DNA from: Octopus vulgaris
Lineage: Eukaryota
Direction of reading: 5' to 3'
DNA: 64,000 bases
Assembly (NCBI GenBank): GCA_951406725.2
Contig: OX597825.1
Coordinates: 13,454,001-13,518,000 of the forward strand
The translations under genes were made by a program, and so were the position numbers. A model generated the notes under the pieces. The model was not told where the DNA came from. It worked only from the letters and a program-made list of their open reading frames with translations, and did not search any database. Below, in pieces: positions 1 through 12,483 of this stretch (positions are counted from its first letter, which is position 1; each line of letters opens with the position of its first letter).

Positions 1-175
1 GGGACATGCTCAACTGGTTAAGGTCAAACAACTGACAAGCAAATCTGTGGTATTGAGCAGAATATTTGCTGTAGCCCATCTTTTATACCAAGACAAAACA
101 ATGTACATGATAACACTTCCAATCAGTGAAGATCAGAAGCCACGAGAGCCACTGCCTGGTACTGCATCAGGGCAT
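1..175 (+). mobile_element. 3' end of an interspersed repeat (family E, probable LINE 3' UTR) ending in (ATT)n
   Basis: The same sequence recurs in reverse complement at 14010-14175 and starts again at 63980 next to (AAT)n. It ends ...gcctggtactgcatcagggca followed by (att)n. Confidence 0.7.
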
Positions 176-188
176 TATATGATTATTA

Positions 189-232
<44 letters not shown>

Positions 233-257
233 TATTATTATTATTATTATTATTATA

Positions 258-472
258 AGGCGGCAAACTGGCAGAATCGTTAGTACGCCAAGCAAAGTGC
301 TTAGTGGCATGTCATCCGTCGCTACGCTCTTGACTTCAAATTCCGCCGAGGTCGACTTTGCCTTTCATCCTTCGGGGATGATAGATTAAGTACCAGCTGC
401 GTACTGGGTTCGATCTAATCGACTGTCCCCTATCCCCCAAAATTTCGGGCCTTGTGCCTAGAGTAGAAAAGA
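258..472 (+). mobile_element. SINE family B, near full-length copy
   Basis: Head ggcggc.a.ctggcagaatcgttag, B-box-like ttcaaattcc, central gaggtcgactttgcctttcatccttcgggg...aagtaccag and tail ccttgtgcctagagtagaaaag. More than 15 related copies occur in the window. Confidence 0.85.
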
Positions 473-547
473 TTATTATTATTATTATTATTATTATGTG
501 TGTGCGCATGCGTGTTGTCTGTCTATCTATCATCTATCTATCTATCT

Positions 548-1114
548 CAACCGGGAAGGCAAGGCAGTTTTCATCGTACTTGTGGCCATGGTGAAAGAAT
601 GTGTGTGGTGGACTCGAGCGAAAGGATTAGAGACAAACACTTACCTCTCTGGCCAATCGCTCATCAACTTTTTCAAGTACCACTTGAAAAGGAAGGTGAG
701 AATGGAGAGGCAGGTTTTGTCTCGGGAAAGTTTCAAAAAAAGGTGGGTGAATGTAGCAAAGATGGTGCGTGCGAGTCACGAAACCACTTTGAACATGCTC
801 CTGTAAATCGTAAAAGAGACAGAGAGAGCACTTTGCTCTCATGTGTTTATTTTTCTCCCTGCCTGAGGTTACCGTGGTATTTTCTATAGGCTTTTCTTTC
901 CACGAATGAACCTAATCTTGTTTCTTACTTTTCTAAAAAATTTATTTTTGTGATACAGGATCCCTTTTGAACGCCTTTTTTTTCGATCTCTTTTGATCGA
1001 AATTTTACATTTCTTTCTTTTTTTCCCTTTTTCTTTTTCCATCTTCGAAAAGAAAAGCTCTACATTTGTATTTGTCCCTTCTGTGTTCAACCCTGTGTGG
1101 CCAATAAAGAAAGT
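548..1114 (+). mobile_element. 5'-truncated non-LTR retrotransposon (L1/Tx1-like ORF2 C-terminus plus 3' UTR)
   Basis: Open frame NREGKAVFIVLVAMVKECVWWTRAKG...SRESFKKRWVNVAKMV...* (stop at 804-806) resembles the K..IW..R / F..RW C-terminus of Tx1/L1 ORF2. It is followed by a T-rich UTR and AATAAA at 1103-1108, and is flanked by (TCTA)n on both sides. Confidence 0.6.
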
Positions 1115-1115
1115 T

Positions 1116-1363
<248 letters not shown>

Positions 1364-1965
1364 TATACTGAACCCGTAACCACAAGGGTTGCAAAGCGGG
1401 CTTATCCATTCTCTTTGTATATTCACGACAACACTGTTCTTGTTTATTAACAACCGTTCTCAAGCATATCATTATCAATAAATTAATCAGGGAAAATGAA
1501 AAGCTATAAAAACGTAGATGGGGCGGGTTAGAGAGCAGAAGAACATGAAAGCTTATATATTCTAGAGGGAAAACATATACAAACATCAAGTTGATAGCTT
1601 CTTTTTTTCTTTTACGATATTATGTTCTATGAAAATACAGTTTTATTTCTTTTATAAACAGTGTGAAATATATCATAGTATATTTAATTTTAATTTATTT
1701 AGGTAGTATTTAATTCCATTAATTATACGAATTATAAACTATTTCTTGACAACATTTATGTATACGCGTTGAGTAATAAAGTAAAATAAAATATCTTCTA
1801 TATTCGGTTTATGGGAATTTATATTTCATTAAAAATTTCGTTGATGATTTGATCATAGTCATCTCGAAGTTACTGAATCGCATTTTAGCGATTTTATTCA
1901 CTAAATTTAGTATGTCCATAGGAATAAAAGGTGGTCTCTTTACAGTATAATATTTTGGTGTCTTT

Positions 1966-2048
1966 ACGATAGAAAATGTTTGTGCGCAGACGTTAGAAAA
2001 TGTTTGTGCGCAGACGATAGAAAATGTTTGTGCGCAGACGATATAAAA
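1966..2048. repeat. 24-bp tandem repeat, about 3.4 copies
   Basis: agaaaatgtttgtgcgcagacg(t/a)t starts at 1971, 1995 and 2019. Confidence 0.9.
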
Positions 2049-2807
2049 CTGTTGTAAGCATTCAGTTTAAAACTTGGTATGTATATTTAGTATTTTACGA
2101 CATCTTTATACGACTAGGTTTTATGCCTTCACGATAATAAATCTAGCGCTTTTAACGTATCAAATTTGAGGACTTAGCGGCATAAAATTTGATGTATTTG
2201 CATCTGAAAGGTTTGGTATCTTTCCCAGAATCATATTTGATGTCTTCACTTTTCAAATTCGATATTACTATATTGTCAAATTGTGTGTGCGTGTGTGTGA
2301 GAGAGAGAGAGAGAGAGCTAGAGATGGGGGTCTGGCGCTTCTCATTATCAGAACAAGAGTCTTCACGCCTGTCAAATACCGTATTGTTTTCCATATTTAT
2401 CAGACTTAGTATCTCCATTGTATTCAAAGTATGGTGGTTCACCACGAAATAAAATTTGCTATAACTACAATATCAAAATGTTACGTGGTATATTTTTATG
2501 TTTTACAAATGATTTAGGTCATTGGCCTACAGTCATGCTGGAGCAACACTTTATAGGGTTTCCGTCGATCATTTCAATCGAAGTGTTTCTTTCAGTTTAG
2601 TACGTATATTATCGATTCACTTCATCAAACCGCTAAGTTATAGCACGGTTTTAGATCAATGTAATCATCAATATTCACGACGACACGGCACCACACACGT
2701 ATAGACGCACACATACATACATACATACATACATACATACATACATACATACATACATACATACATACATACATACATACATACATACATACATACATAC
2801 ATACATA

Positions 2808-2965
2808 GGAGTGGCTGTGTGGTAAGTAGCTTGCTTACCAACCACATGCTTTCGGGTTCAGTCCCACTGCTCGGAACCTTGAGCGAGTGTCTTCTACTCT
2901 AGCCTCAGGCCGACAAAAGCCTTGTGAGTGGATTTGGTAGACGGAAACTGAAAGAAGCCTGTCGT
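2808..2965 (+). mobile_element. SINE family A, 5' half
   Basis: ggagtggctgtgtggtaagtagcttgc...gggttcagtccc...gtggatttggtagacggaaactgaaagaagcc, matching many other copies. Confidence 0.9.
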
Positions 2966-3369
2966 ATATATATATATATATTTGAACTTAGAACGTTGCG
3001 GCAGACGAAATACTGCTAAGCATTTCTCCCGGTGTTCTAACGATTCTGCCTTCTCGCCACCTTATTCCTAACGATATGTAATTATGAAAACGCAACTGGA
3101 TTCTTTTTTTACCTCGAATGGTTACACAGTCCAGTAGAGCAAAATAAGAACAAGACTTGCTGTATTAGACAACGACCATGAAAATGCTTATAGAGAAGAC
3201 ATAATGAAGATACAACAAAGACAGATTTCGACAGATAAAAAACAAGAGAAAAAAAGCCGCCGCCATTTTTCATTTTCATTTGTCAAACGATTTCATTTAA
3301 GAGAATTCTATAGAAACAATTATAGGAAACCGATACAGCAAAATTCAAAGTATGTTCACATTGAAATTT

Positions 3370-4467
3370 TATTTATCAATAATGGTTTCACGTTTTGGTA
3401 CGAGGCCAGTAGTTTTGAGGGGGTGGGGGAAAAGTCGATTATATCTAATTCAGTGTTTAACTTGCTACTTATTTTATCGATCTCGAAAGGATGAAAGGCT
3501 AAGTCGTCTTGGGTGGAATTTGAACTCAGAATGTTAAGTCGGACGAAATACCGCTAAGCATTATTTGTACGGCGTGCTTACGATTAGGCCAGTTCGTCGC
3601 CTTATTTTAGTCAGTAATAACTATTTCAAATTTTTCCCACAAGGGCAGCTTGGGGGAAGATGAGTCGATTACATCGACCCCAGTGTTCAACTGGTACTTA
3701 TTTTATCGACTACGAAAGGATGAAAGGCACAGTCGACCTTGGTAGAATTTGAACTCAGAACGTAAAGACAGACGAAATACCGCTTAGCATTTCGTCCAGC
3801 AGGCTAACGATTCTCTTTTCTACTCTAGGCACAAAACCCGAAATATTTTTGGTGGAGTGGCGGGGAGGTAGTCGATTAGATCTACCCTAGTACGCAACTG
3901 GTACTTAATTTATCGACCCCCGAAAGGATGAAAGGCAAAGTTGGCCTCGGTGGAATTTGAACTCATAGAATCTTTTCTACTCGAGGCACAAAGCCAGAAA
4001 TTTTGGGAGAGGAGGCCAGTCGATTAGATCGGTACCAGTACGCAACTGGTATTTAATTTTTCGATGCCGAAAGGATGAAAGGCAAAGTCGGCCTCGGTGG
4101 AATTTGAACTCATAGAATCTTTTCTACTCGAGGCACAAGACCAGAAATTTTTGGAGAGGAGGCCAGTCGATTAGATCGGTTCCAGTACGCAACTGGTACT
4201 TAATTTTTCGATGCCGAAAGGATGAAAGGCAAAGTCGGCCTCGGTGGAATTTGAACTCATAGAATCTTTTCTACTCGAGGCACAAGGCCAGAAATTTTTG
4301 GAGAGGAGGCCAGTCGATTAGATCGGTTCCAGTACGCAACTGGTACTTAATTTTTCGATGCCGAAAGGATGAAAGGCAAAGTCGACCACGGCGGAATTTG
4401 AACTCAGAACGTAAAGACAGACGTAATACCGCCCGGCGTGCAAACGTTTCTGCCTGCTCACTGCCTT
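3370..4467 (-). mobile_element. Cluster of SINE family B copies including a 147-bp tandem array
   Basis: Repeated gaaaggatgaaaggcaaagtcg...ggaatttgaactca. The junction catagaatcttttctactcgaggcac recurs at 3964, 4111 and 4258. Confidence 0.9.
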
Positions 4468-4501
4468 AAAAGAGGAGGGTTTACAATCTTTATCTGTATG
4501 T

Positions 4502-4538
<37 letters not shown>

Positions 4539-4859
4539 TAGACCTGTCTATAATATACACCTTGTTCATGTACTGTGCTGACTGACGCCGATATTTCCAC
4601 TTAAGTTTGTAATTCCTTTGCAGTAATGTAGAACAGGTGTGCGCGTGCGTGTGCGTGCCCGTATGCGTGTATGTGTCTGCTTATGTGTGTGTGTGTGTGT
4701 ATGTGTCTATGGTTACAGATGTACATGTATATATGTTTAATGTGTGTGTATGTGTGTGTATTGAGTGAGTGTATTTGTGTGCAAAGGCGTATACGTTTGA
4801 ATGTTGATATTCGTGCATGTATGTACGTATGTGTGTATCACTCAATCTAAATGTGTGTG

Positions 4860-4898
<39 letters not shown>

Positions 4899-5058
4899 AG
4901 GAGAGAGAGGGGAAGAGAGGAGAGAGAGGGGGGAGAGGAGAGAGAGGGGGAGAGAGGGTGGAGAGACATTGTCTATATATATATTATATATGTATATATC
5001 TATATGTATATATATATCTATCTATATATATATGTATGTATATATGTATATACAAATT

Positions 5059-5094
<36 letters not shown>

Positions 5095-5442
5095 ACTCTG
5101 TATATAGCATCAGCTGAATCTAATAAACAAGCTCTTATACCAAACAGTAAACAAAATTCCATCGTTGTTGCACTGTAAATTTGGTCAATATTATAATTCG
5201 CTGCAAAAGTCTTTTGCACCGAATCAAGTAAAATACTTTATAAGCATTTGGCTACGTCGTTTTACGTTCGGAGTTCAAATCCCGTCGTTCTCTGATCGAT
5301 AAAATAATGGTTCTACCCTATGCTGGGCTCGTCCCGACCGAATATATCTCTCACTGGTACCACCACTAAATTTTGTGATGAATTTAAAATTAATTTTTTT
5401 TTATCTTTAAGTGCTATTGGAATAATTTCAGATGGTGTGTAT

Positions 5443-6011
5443 CTGTGATTCTAAACCGGGGCCCACATGACCCTTAAGGTGTCCCCATAAGACTTTGCCG
5501 TTAAAATTTATGCGCAATAAACTGATAATGCTTCAACTAAACGCAAAATATTCTACCAGCATTTTTTCATGGAATTCCAAAAAATATTTAATCATAAAAT
5601 TTTAACAGGATTTAAAATTTTAAACTTCAAATGGTTCCGAGGGTCTATCCGGGTAAAATAGGAATAAAGGGGATCCATAAGAAAAAAAAAATAGTTGGGA
5701 ACAGTGGCAGACTGGGTCTAAAAATATTGGTTGCCAGGAGACTAGGGGGCCCACCCGCGACTACAATAGTATCATTCAATTTTTTTGTTTTTTTTGTTAA
5801 AAGTATTCTTTTCAACTAACTCCAAACACAGCCAGGCTGAAATAATTAATGCATTCTTCCAAGAGTGAATTTTAAAATTCTCAAACTTGAAGGGATGGGC
5901 CCCATAGATACTAGAACGGGTCCCCATATATGGATTCTAAGGGCGCAGGGGCCTATTTGCCATCGGGCAATCTGGCAACGTGGCCAGTCCGCCACTGGTT
6001 GGGAACCACTG
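5443..6011. mobile_element. Older hAT (Charlie-like) MITE, interrupted in its right TIR
   Basis: The right end gttgggaaccactg is the reverse complement of cagtggttcccaac. The left end ctgtgattctaaac is a diverged match. The flanks gtgtgtat / atgtatat match at 6 of 8. Confidence 0.55.
5702..5997. mobile_element. hAT-type MITE with 14-bp TIRs and a perfect 8-bp TSD
   Basis: TIRs cagtggcagactgg / ccagtccgccactg (13 of 14 match). TSD gttgggaa at 5694-5701 and 5998-6005. Confidence 0.85.
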
Positions 6012-6018
6012 ATGTATA

Positions 6019-6210
6019 TACGAAGGGTGTTGATAAGTTCCTGGCTTTAAGGGTATCGCACAGGGCTTCGTTGGAGACGCAACCTTCTGAGTTCTTTTAC
6101 AGGGCTTAGAAAAACTGAAGGACCGCTGCAATACGTGTGGGAATCAGAGAGGGGAATATGTTGAATAAAATCATAATTAACTGATCCTCCTGCATTTTCT
6201 TTTACTCAAA
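6019..6210 (+). mobile_element. Internally deleted mariner remnant
   Basis: TA followed by a cgaagggtgttgataagttcc TIR-like start, joined to a transposase C-terminus GLEKLKDRCNTCGNQRGEYVE*. Confidence 0.65.
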
Positions 6211-6221
6211 ATCGTATATAT

Positions 6222-6385
6222 GAGTGGCTGTGTGGTAAGTAGCTTGCTAACCAACCACATGGTTCCGGGTTCAGTCCCACTGCGTGGCATCTTGGGCAAG
6301 TGTCTTCTGCTATAGCCCCGGGCCGACCAATGCCTTGTGAGTGGATTTGGTAGACGGAAACTGAAAGAAGCCTGTCGTATATATG

Positions 6386-6418
<33 letters not shown>

Positions 6419-6633
6419 GCGTTTGTGTGTCTGTGTTTGTCCCCCTAGCATCGCTTGACAACCGATGCTGGTGTGTTTATGTCCCCGTTACTTAGCGGTT
6501 CGGCAAAAGAGACCGATAGAATAAGTACTGGGCTTATAAAAGAATAAGTCCCGGGGTCGAGTTGCTCGATTAAAAGGCGGTGCTCCAGCATGGCCGCAGT
6601 CAAATGACTGAAACAAGTAAAAGAGTAAAAGAG
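6222..6633 (+). mobile_element. SINE family A, full bipartite copy (tRNA-like head, CORE-like cttgggcaag domain, internal microsatellite, 3' tail)
   Basis: Head gtggctgtgtggtaag...gggttcagtccc, internal (ta)n(tg)n, and tail ctccagcatggccgcagtcaaatgactgaaacaagtaaaagag. Confidence 0.9.
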
Positions 6634-6659
6634 TATATATATATAATTAAAACAGACAT

Positions 6660-6699
<40 letters not shown>

Positions 6700-6700
6700 G

Positions 6701-6804
<104 letters not shown>

Positions 6805-7304
6805 CAGAGACAGATATTACACATACATACAACCGTAACTGACAGAAAGAGTAAGAAAGCTAGGATGAGAGCGAGTGAGAGAAAAGGAGAGAGACGGAGA
6901 GGGACAGAGGTATGTTTGATGTCAAATAAGTCAGCGCTGTTTGCTGTGTCACGTGCTTTCTGTTGAGGTAAGATGAGAGTTTACCTAAGTAAATCCACCG
7001 TGCCTCCTAATGAACTGGAGTTGATCTGAGGAGGGAAATTAGCAGAGGAGAGATTAAAAAGATGGAGAGGAAAAGATAATAATACTTCATCACAAAATAA
7101 ATATCCTCGGAGAATCACCGCCCACTGCGCGGTGCGTCTTTACGGTGGTTAGATCTTGGGTGTTAGACTTAAGGATTAAACAGGTTAATCTAATGAGGTT
7201 TTTGAAATAGGTTAACATTTCTGATATCGATCTGGTTGCTCTTTACGGTTCAATGAACGTGAAATCGCATGGCTTAGTGGTTAGGGGTATTTCGCTCATG
7301 AAAT

Positions 7305-7463
7305 AAGGAGGTCAGTTGGCAGAATCGTTAGCACGCCGGGCGAAGTGCGTAGCCGTATTTCGTCTGCCGTTACTACGTTCTGAGTTCAAATTCCGCCGAG
7401 GTCGACTTTGCCTTTCATCCTTTCGGGGTCGATTAAATAAGTACCAGTTACGCACTGGGGTCG

Positions 7464-7465
<2 letters not shown>
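7305..7465 (+). mobile_element. SINE family B
   Basis: Matches the family B copy at 258-472. Confidence 0.85.
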
Positions 7466-7513
<48 letters not shown>

Positions 7514-7517
<4 letters not shown>

Positions 7518-7716
7518 ATCCAAATATGAAAGCACAATAAAAACACAACAACGCGAGGACGTGGAACAAAAATAGTATTATTGGACGCTCAGGAAATAAG
7601 GGAAGAAGGAGGGTTTAACGTTTCGAGCGGAGCTCTTCGTCGGAAACATAGGAGAAGGAAAGATCCAGATAAGGGAAAACAAAGGAAAAAATATCGCCAA
7701 CGGTACACACGCGGTC
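7514..7716 (-). mobile_element. Short (TA)n-embedded element with a hammerhead-like motif (Penelope/retrozyme-like)
   Basis: Minus strand 7647-7613 reads GTTT CCGACGA A GAGC-tcc-GCTC GAAAC GTT AAAC. It is flanked by (TA)n on both sides. Confidence 0.6.
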
Positions 7717-7745
7717 ATATATATATATATACACACACATATATA

Positions 7746-8360
7746 TGACTGGTTTCTTTCAGTTTCCGTCTACGAAATCCACTCACAGGGCTTTGGTTGG
7801 CTCGAAGCTTTAGTAGAAGACACTAGCCCAAGGTGTCACGCAGTGGGACTGAACCTGGAACCATGCGGTTGGGAAACAAGCTTCTTACCACACAGCCACA
7901 CCTGCGCCGAATTTTCTTTTGCTTTTTCAAACACACAAAGTCACTGCCACACATATCTTATATCATTTATTTGTTTCAGTTATTGGACTGCGGCCATGCT
8001 GGGGCACCGCCTTGAAAATTTTTGATGGAACAAATCGATCACATAACTTTTGTGCGTGTGCATTTTAAAGTTTGGTAACTTATTCTATCGTCCATTTTAC
8101 CGAACCGCTCGCTCAGTTACATGGACGTAAACTCACCAACATCGGTTGTCAAGTGGTGGAGTGGGACGAGCACAAAAGCCATTAACACACCCATATAAAT
8201 AAACGATGGGCTTCTACACGTTCTCCATCTACCAAACTCACTCACAAGCTATTAGTTGGTCTGAGACTGTAGTAGAAGACATTTTCGTAAGGTGTCACGC
8301 TGTGGGACTGAACCCGGAACCACGTGGTTTGGAAGCAAGCTTGAAACCACACACACGCCT
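7746..8360 (-). mobile_element. Two SINE family A copies, diverged
   Basis: Reverse-complement family A head and tail motifs. Confidence 0.8.
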
Positions 8361-8886
8361 GCGACTATGATAGATAAGTTTCGTTGTGTGCGAGGAGAGA
8401 AAATCATTCTGCGGTATTTCGTTTGTAGAAAGGTGTTTTTTACCGAGAGACAAGTATTTACGTAAAACGGCTGGTAGACTAGAAACAGAGAATGTATAGG
8501 AGGAAAAGGCAGAGACAGTAACTAAATGCAGAGTGGATGACTATAAGAGACTTAACAAGTAACAGGGAAACAGGTGTTAAGAAAGGGACATGAGAGGGGT
8601 GAGATGAATAGTGGTTTGAAGCACGAGTTACACACGATGGATGAGAAATAACTGTTAGAATAGGTGGGTGGAAGCCTAGATGACTGGTTGGTATGGTACA
8701 GAGTGAGTAGGTGAGCAAAACCAGCGGCAATCGTATAGTTGCCAACGAAAAAACATTCAACTGTGTAGAGAAGTGAAATTACGGGTTTCATTGGTTATCG
8801 TGGGGCCCCCTTTTGACTTTTGTTGTATCATACTTATGTTGTATTATTTTCTTTGCGAGCGCATTTTTGCACTCTCTCTCTCTATC

Positions 8887-8917
<31 letters not shown>

Positions 8918-10082
8918 TTGTGAATATAGATATATACATGTATGTGTGTATATAAATTATACGCATATGTATGTATATGTATCTATACGTGCAGAGGCCT
9001 ATATGTGTATTTTATATAACATATGTACAAGTCTGTGTATATATATATATGCACACACACTCACACATTCATACACGATCTATGTACAAATGTATAAATT
9101 AATATATATTTGTTTCTCTCTATATGTGTGTGTAGGTGTGTGTGTATGTGTATATGTGTATATATATAGACATATATATATATATCTATGCGTGGAGTAT
9201 GTATGCGTATGTGTGCGTGTACATATATATATATGTGTGTGTGTGTGTGTAAATAGCTTTATAAACAAATACATGTTCATTATGTAACATATATATACAT
9301 ATATATATACCGCATATATATAATTATATAGGTACCTACATACATACATGTGTGTGTGTGTGCGTGCGCGTGTATTATGGCTACTTGTTACTTTACTCGT
9401 CTCATTTCGGATGCAGTCATTCTGCGATCGCATCGAAAGGTTTTATTTATACATTAATTAATTTATTTATTCTGAATTGATCTCATTGATCACAGTACTT
9501 ATTTTTAAGTCTGATTTTATCTATCTTATTGATCTTCATTCGTTTTAGCACCGAGATAAAATACGGGACATAAAATACTACAACAACGTTTGCTGGGCGG
9601 GAAAACGCAGACACACTCGCGTAAAACACAGCCATATTGTTTTTGCACACAGAGTACCGCATCCTTGTGTGTGTATATGCGTGTGTGTATGCGTCTCCTG
9701 TAATTTCCGTCTAACAATTTGACTGACATATCTTTGGATTAGACTAAACTTATTGTAGAACAAACTTACACACATATTCGAGTTACCAAGAAGTCGGTCT
9801 GAAACCGAAGTCATAAAAGTGACAGCGTTTGTTACACGCACACACATAAACACATACACACACACATAAACAGATGTATACTCACTCACTCACTCGTTCA
9901 TTCAGTCATTCGTTCATTCGTTCATTCGTTCATTCGCTCATTCAGTCATTCAGAGATTCCTTAAAACACAATAAGAGTGAGAAAAGATAAGTAAACTTGA
10001 AAACGACGTTGCATTGTCGATAGTCAATCGCTCTACTTTTTGTGTTCTTCGTTTTATGTCGACATCTGACACTTTACGCCGC

Positions 10083-10455
10083 TTCTTCTTCTTCTTCTTC
10101 TTCTTCTTCTTCTTCTTCTTCTTCTTCTTCTTCTACTTTCTTCTTCCTCTACTTTCTTCTTCCTCTACTTTCTTCTTCTTCTTCTTCTTCTTCTTTTCCT
10201 TTTCTTTCTTTCTTCTTCTTCTTCTTTTCCTTTTCTTTCTTTCTTTCTTCTTCTTCTTCTTCTTTTCCTTCTTCTTCTTCTTCTTCTTCTTCTTCTTCTT
10301 CTTCTACTTCCTCTTCATCTCCTTCCTCTTTTTCTTCTTCTTCTTCTTTTTCTTCTTCTTCTTCTTCTTCTTCTTCTCCTTCTTCTTCCACCACCACCAC
10401 CACCACTACTATTATAACTACTACAACCGCCGCCGCCACCACCACCACCACCACC

Positions 10456-10499
<44 letters not shown>

Positions 10500-10516
10500 C
10501 AGTGCTGCTGCTGCTG

Positions 10517-10589
<73 letters not shown>

Positions 10590-10600
10590 CAGTGCTGCTA
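10083..10600. repeat. Compound trinucleotide microsatellite (TTC)n-(CAC)n-(TAC)n
   Basis: Read directly. It produces the spurious poly-F/S/T/Y ORFs. Confidence 0.95.
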
Positions 10601-11142
10601 CTATACTGCTTTTTGCCGCTTAAGATCTCTTATACTACGATGACACTCCGTTGATGCTGTTGCTGCTACTAATGTCGCTGCTCCTCGTGTCAGGGGAAGG
10701 CGAAAAACAGCTGCTGTCGTTGTTGCTGCTGTTGCTCTCCTATCAATCCATCCATCCATCCATCCCTTCCTCCCTTCCTTCCTTCCTTCTTTCCTTCCTT
10801 CCTTCCACGCCTTTTTTTTTTTCTTCTTCAAAGAAAAGATGAAAAAAAGGAAAAGAAAGACACCTTGTCAATTATTAATAATTAACAAGGTGACACATTT
10901 TTACGTCTCTCTCTCTCTCTCTCTAAATGAATAATACACCGGACTACTTTACATGTCTACCTGTGCGTGTCTGTGTGTGTGGATCATGCTTGCAACACAC
11001 ATACGCACACATGAATACATACACACATGTATGCATATATATATGTATGCATATATATATGCATATATATATATATAAGGAGGCATATATCTAGGGATAT
11101 GCTAAGATATTCTAGAAACGGCTGTAAGAGGCTTTCCTTATT

Positions 11143-11208
<66 letters not shown>

Positions 11209-11307
11209 GTATGTATATATATAACTACCCTGTACTATTATAAGTCAAATCCTCTACAGTGATACCATATGTTTGGCTTGTTCATTCTCTCGCTTTAATA
11301 TATACGC

Positions 11308-11368
<61 letters not shown>

Positions 11369-11501
11369 CTTGTCCGTTTGACTGCCTGTCTGTACGTATG
11401 CATTTATGTATGTATGTATGTATGTATGTATGTATGCATATATGTGTGTGTGTCCATGTGTGCGTGGCTTTCACCAATCTATTGTCGAAACATATCTAAG
11501 T

Positions 11502-11549
<48 letters not shown>

Positions 11550-11755
11550 ACTGAATATTGTCATCTTGGTCGATAACTGATGAAGAATTGGGGACCCTCT
11601 GTGTCTGTCTCTCGTCCGGTTCTTCCCTCAGCATAAGTATATGTAAGTTTTTTTATTATTTGTCGTTGTTTATTTACAATGCTCTGTTCCCATTTATTAA
11701 GTAACGGTACGTACGCACACACGACCTTTTTTTAACAGCAAGTTTATATATAATC

Positions 11756-11807
<52 letters not shown>

Positions 11808-12028
11808 TTTTATGTTTTATTTGTTTTACTCATTGCATTGTGGCCATGCTAGAGCACCACGCTCAAGTGGTTAGTGGAAGAAATTGACCCCATTTTTTAA
11901 TCATTTTTTTTTTCTTTCTTAAAAGCCTGGTACTTATTCTATCGGTTTCTTTTTGTCGAACTACTAGCTTACGGGGACATTAAGCAAACCGAAACCCCGG
12001 TTGTCAGACAGAGATGGCGAGGGCGAAC

Positions 12029-12080
<52 letters not shown>

Positions 12081-12297
12081 CACACATTATATATACAGCT
12101 TCAGCTTCCATTGACCAAATCCACTCACACACACACACACACACACACAAACACTACATACATATATACGCACGAGCACGCATGTGTGTACGTGTATCTG
12201 CCTGCGCTCTAGGACGCGTGTGTTTACTTGGCTATCGTATCTAACTCAAAAGGCCTTGTTATCGTAACGTGTATTTCAACACATAAATGATATCCGG

Positions 12298-12335
<38 letters not shown>

Positions 12336-12483
12336 GATATCTCGCTATGAACTCGTAGTCACGGCGTTGTATTGATCTTAACAATTTTGGCGTCACACTA
12401 TTTATGCACCGTATTGAGTTCTATTTTGGTACTTAGCTCTGTGTTATACACAAACTGAAGTACAATATATGACGAGTACATGT

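Noticed and set aside
1966-2048. 24-bp repeats as a possible CRISPR array
   Set aside because: The repeats are contiguous with no spacers, there are no cas genes, and the context is eukaryotic.
10014-10643. ORFs of ~200 aa with poly-F/S/T/H/Y, and similar ORFs at 40949, 57724 and 59500
   Set aside because: They are stop-free frames through simple repeats.
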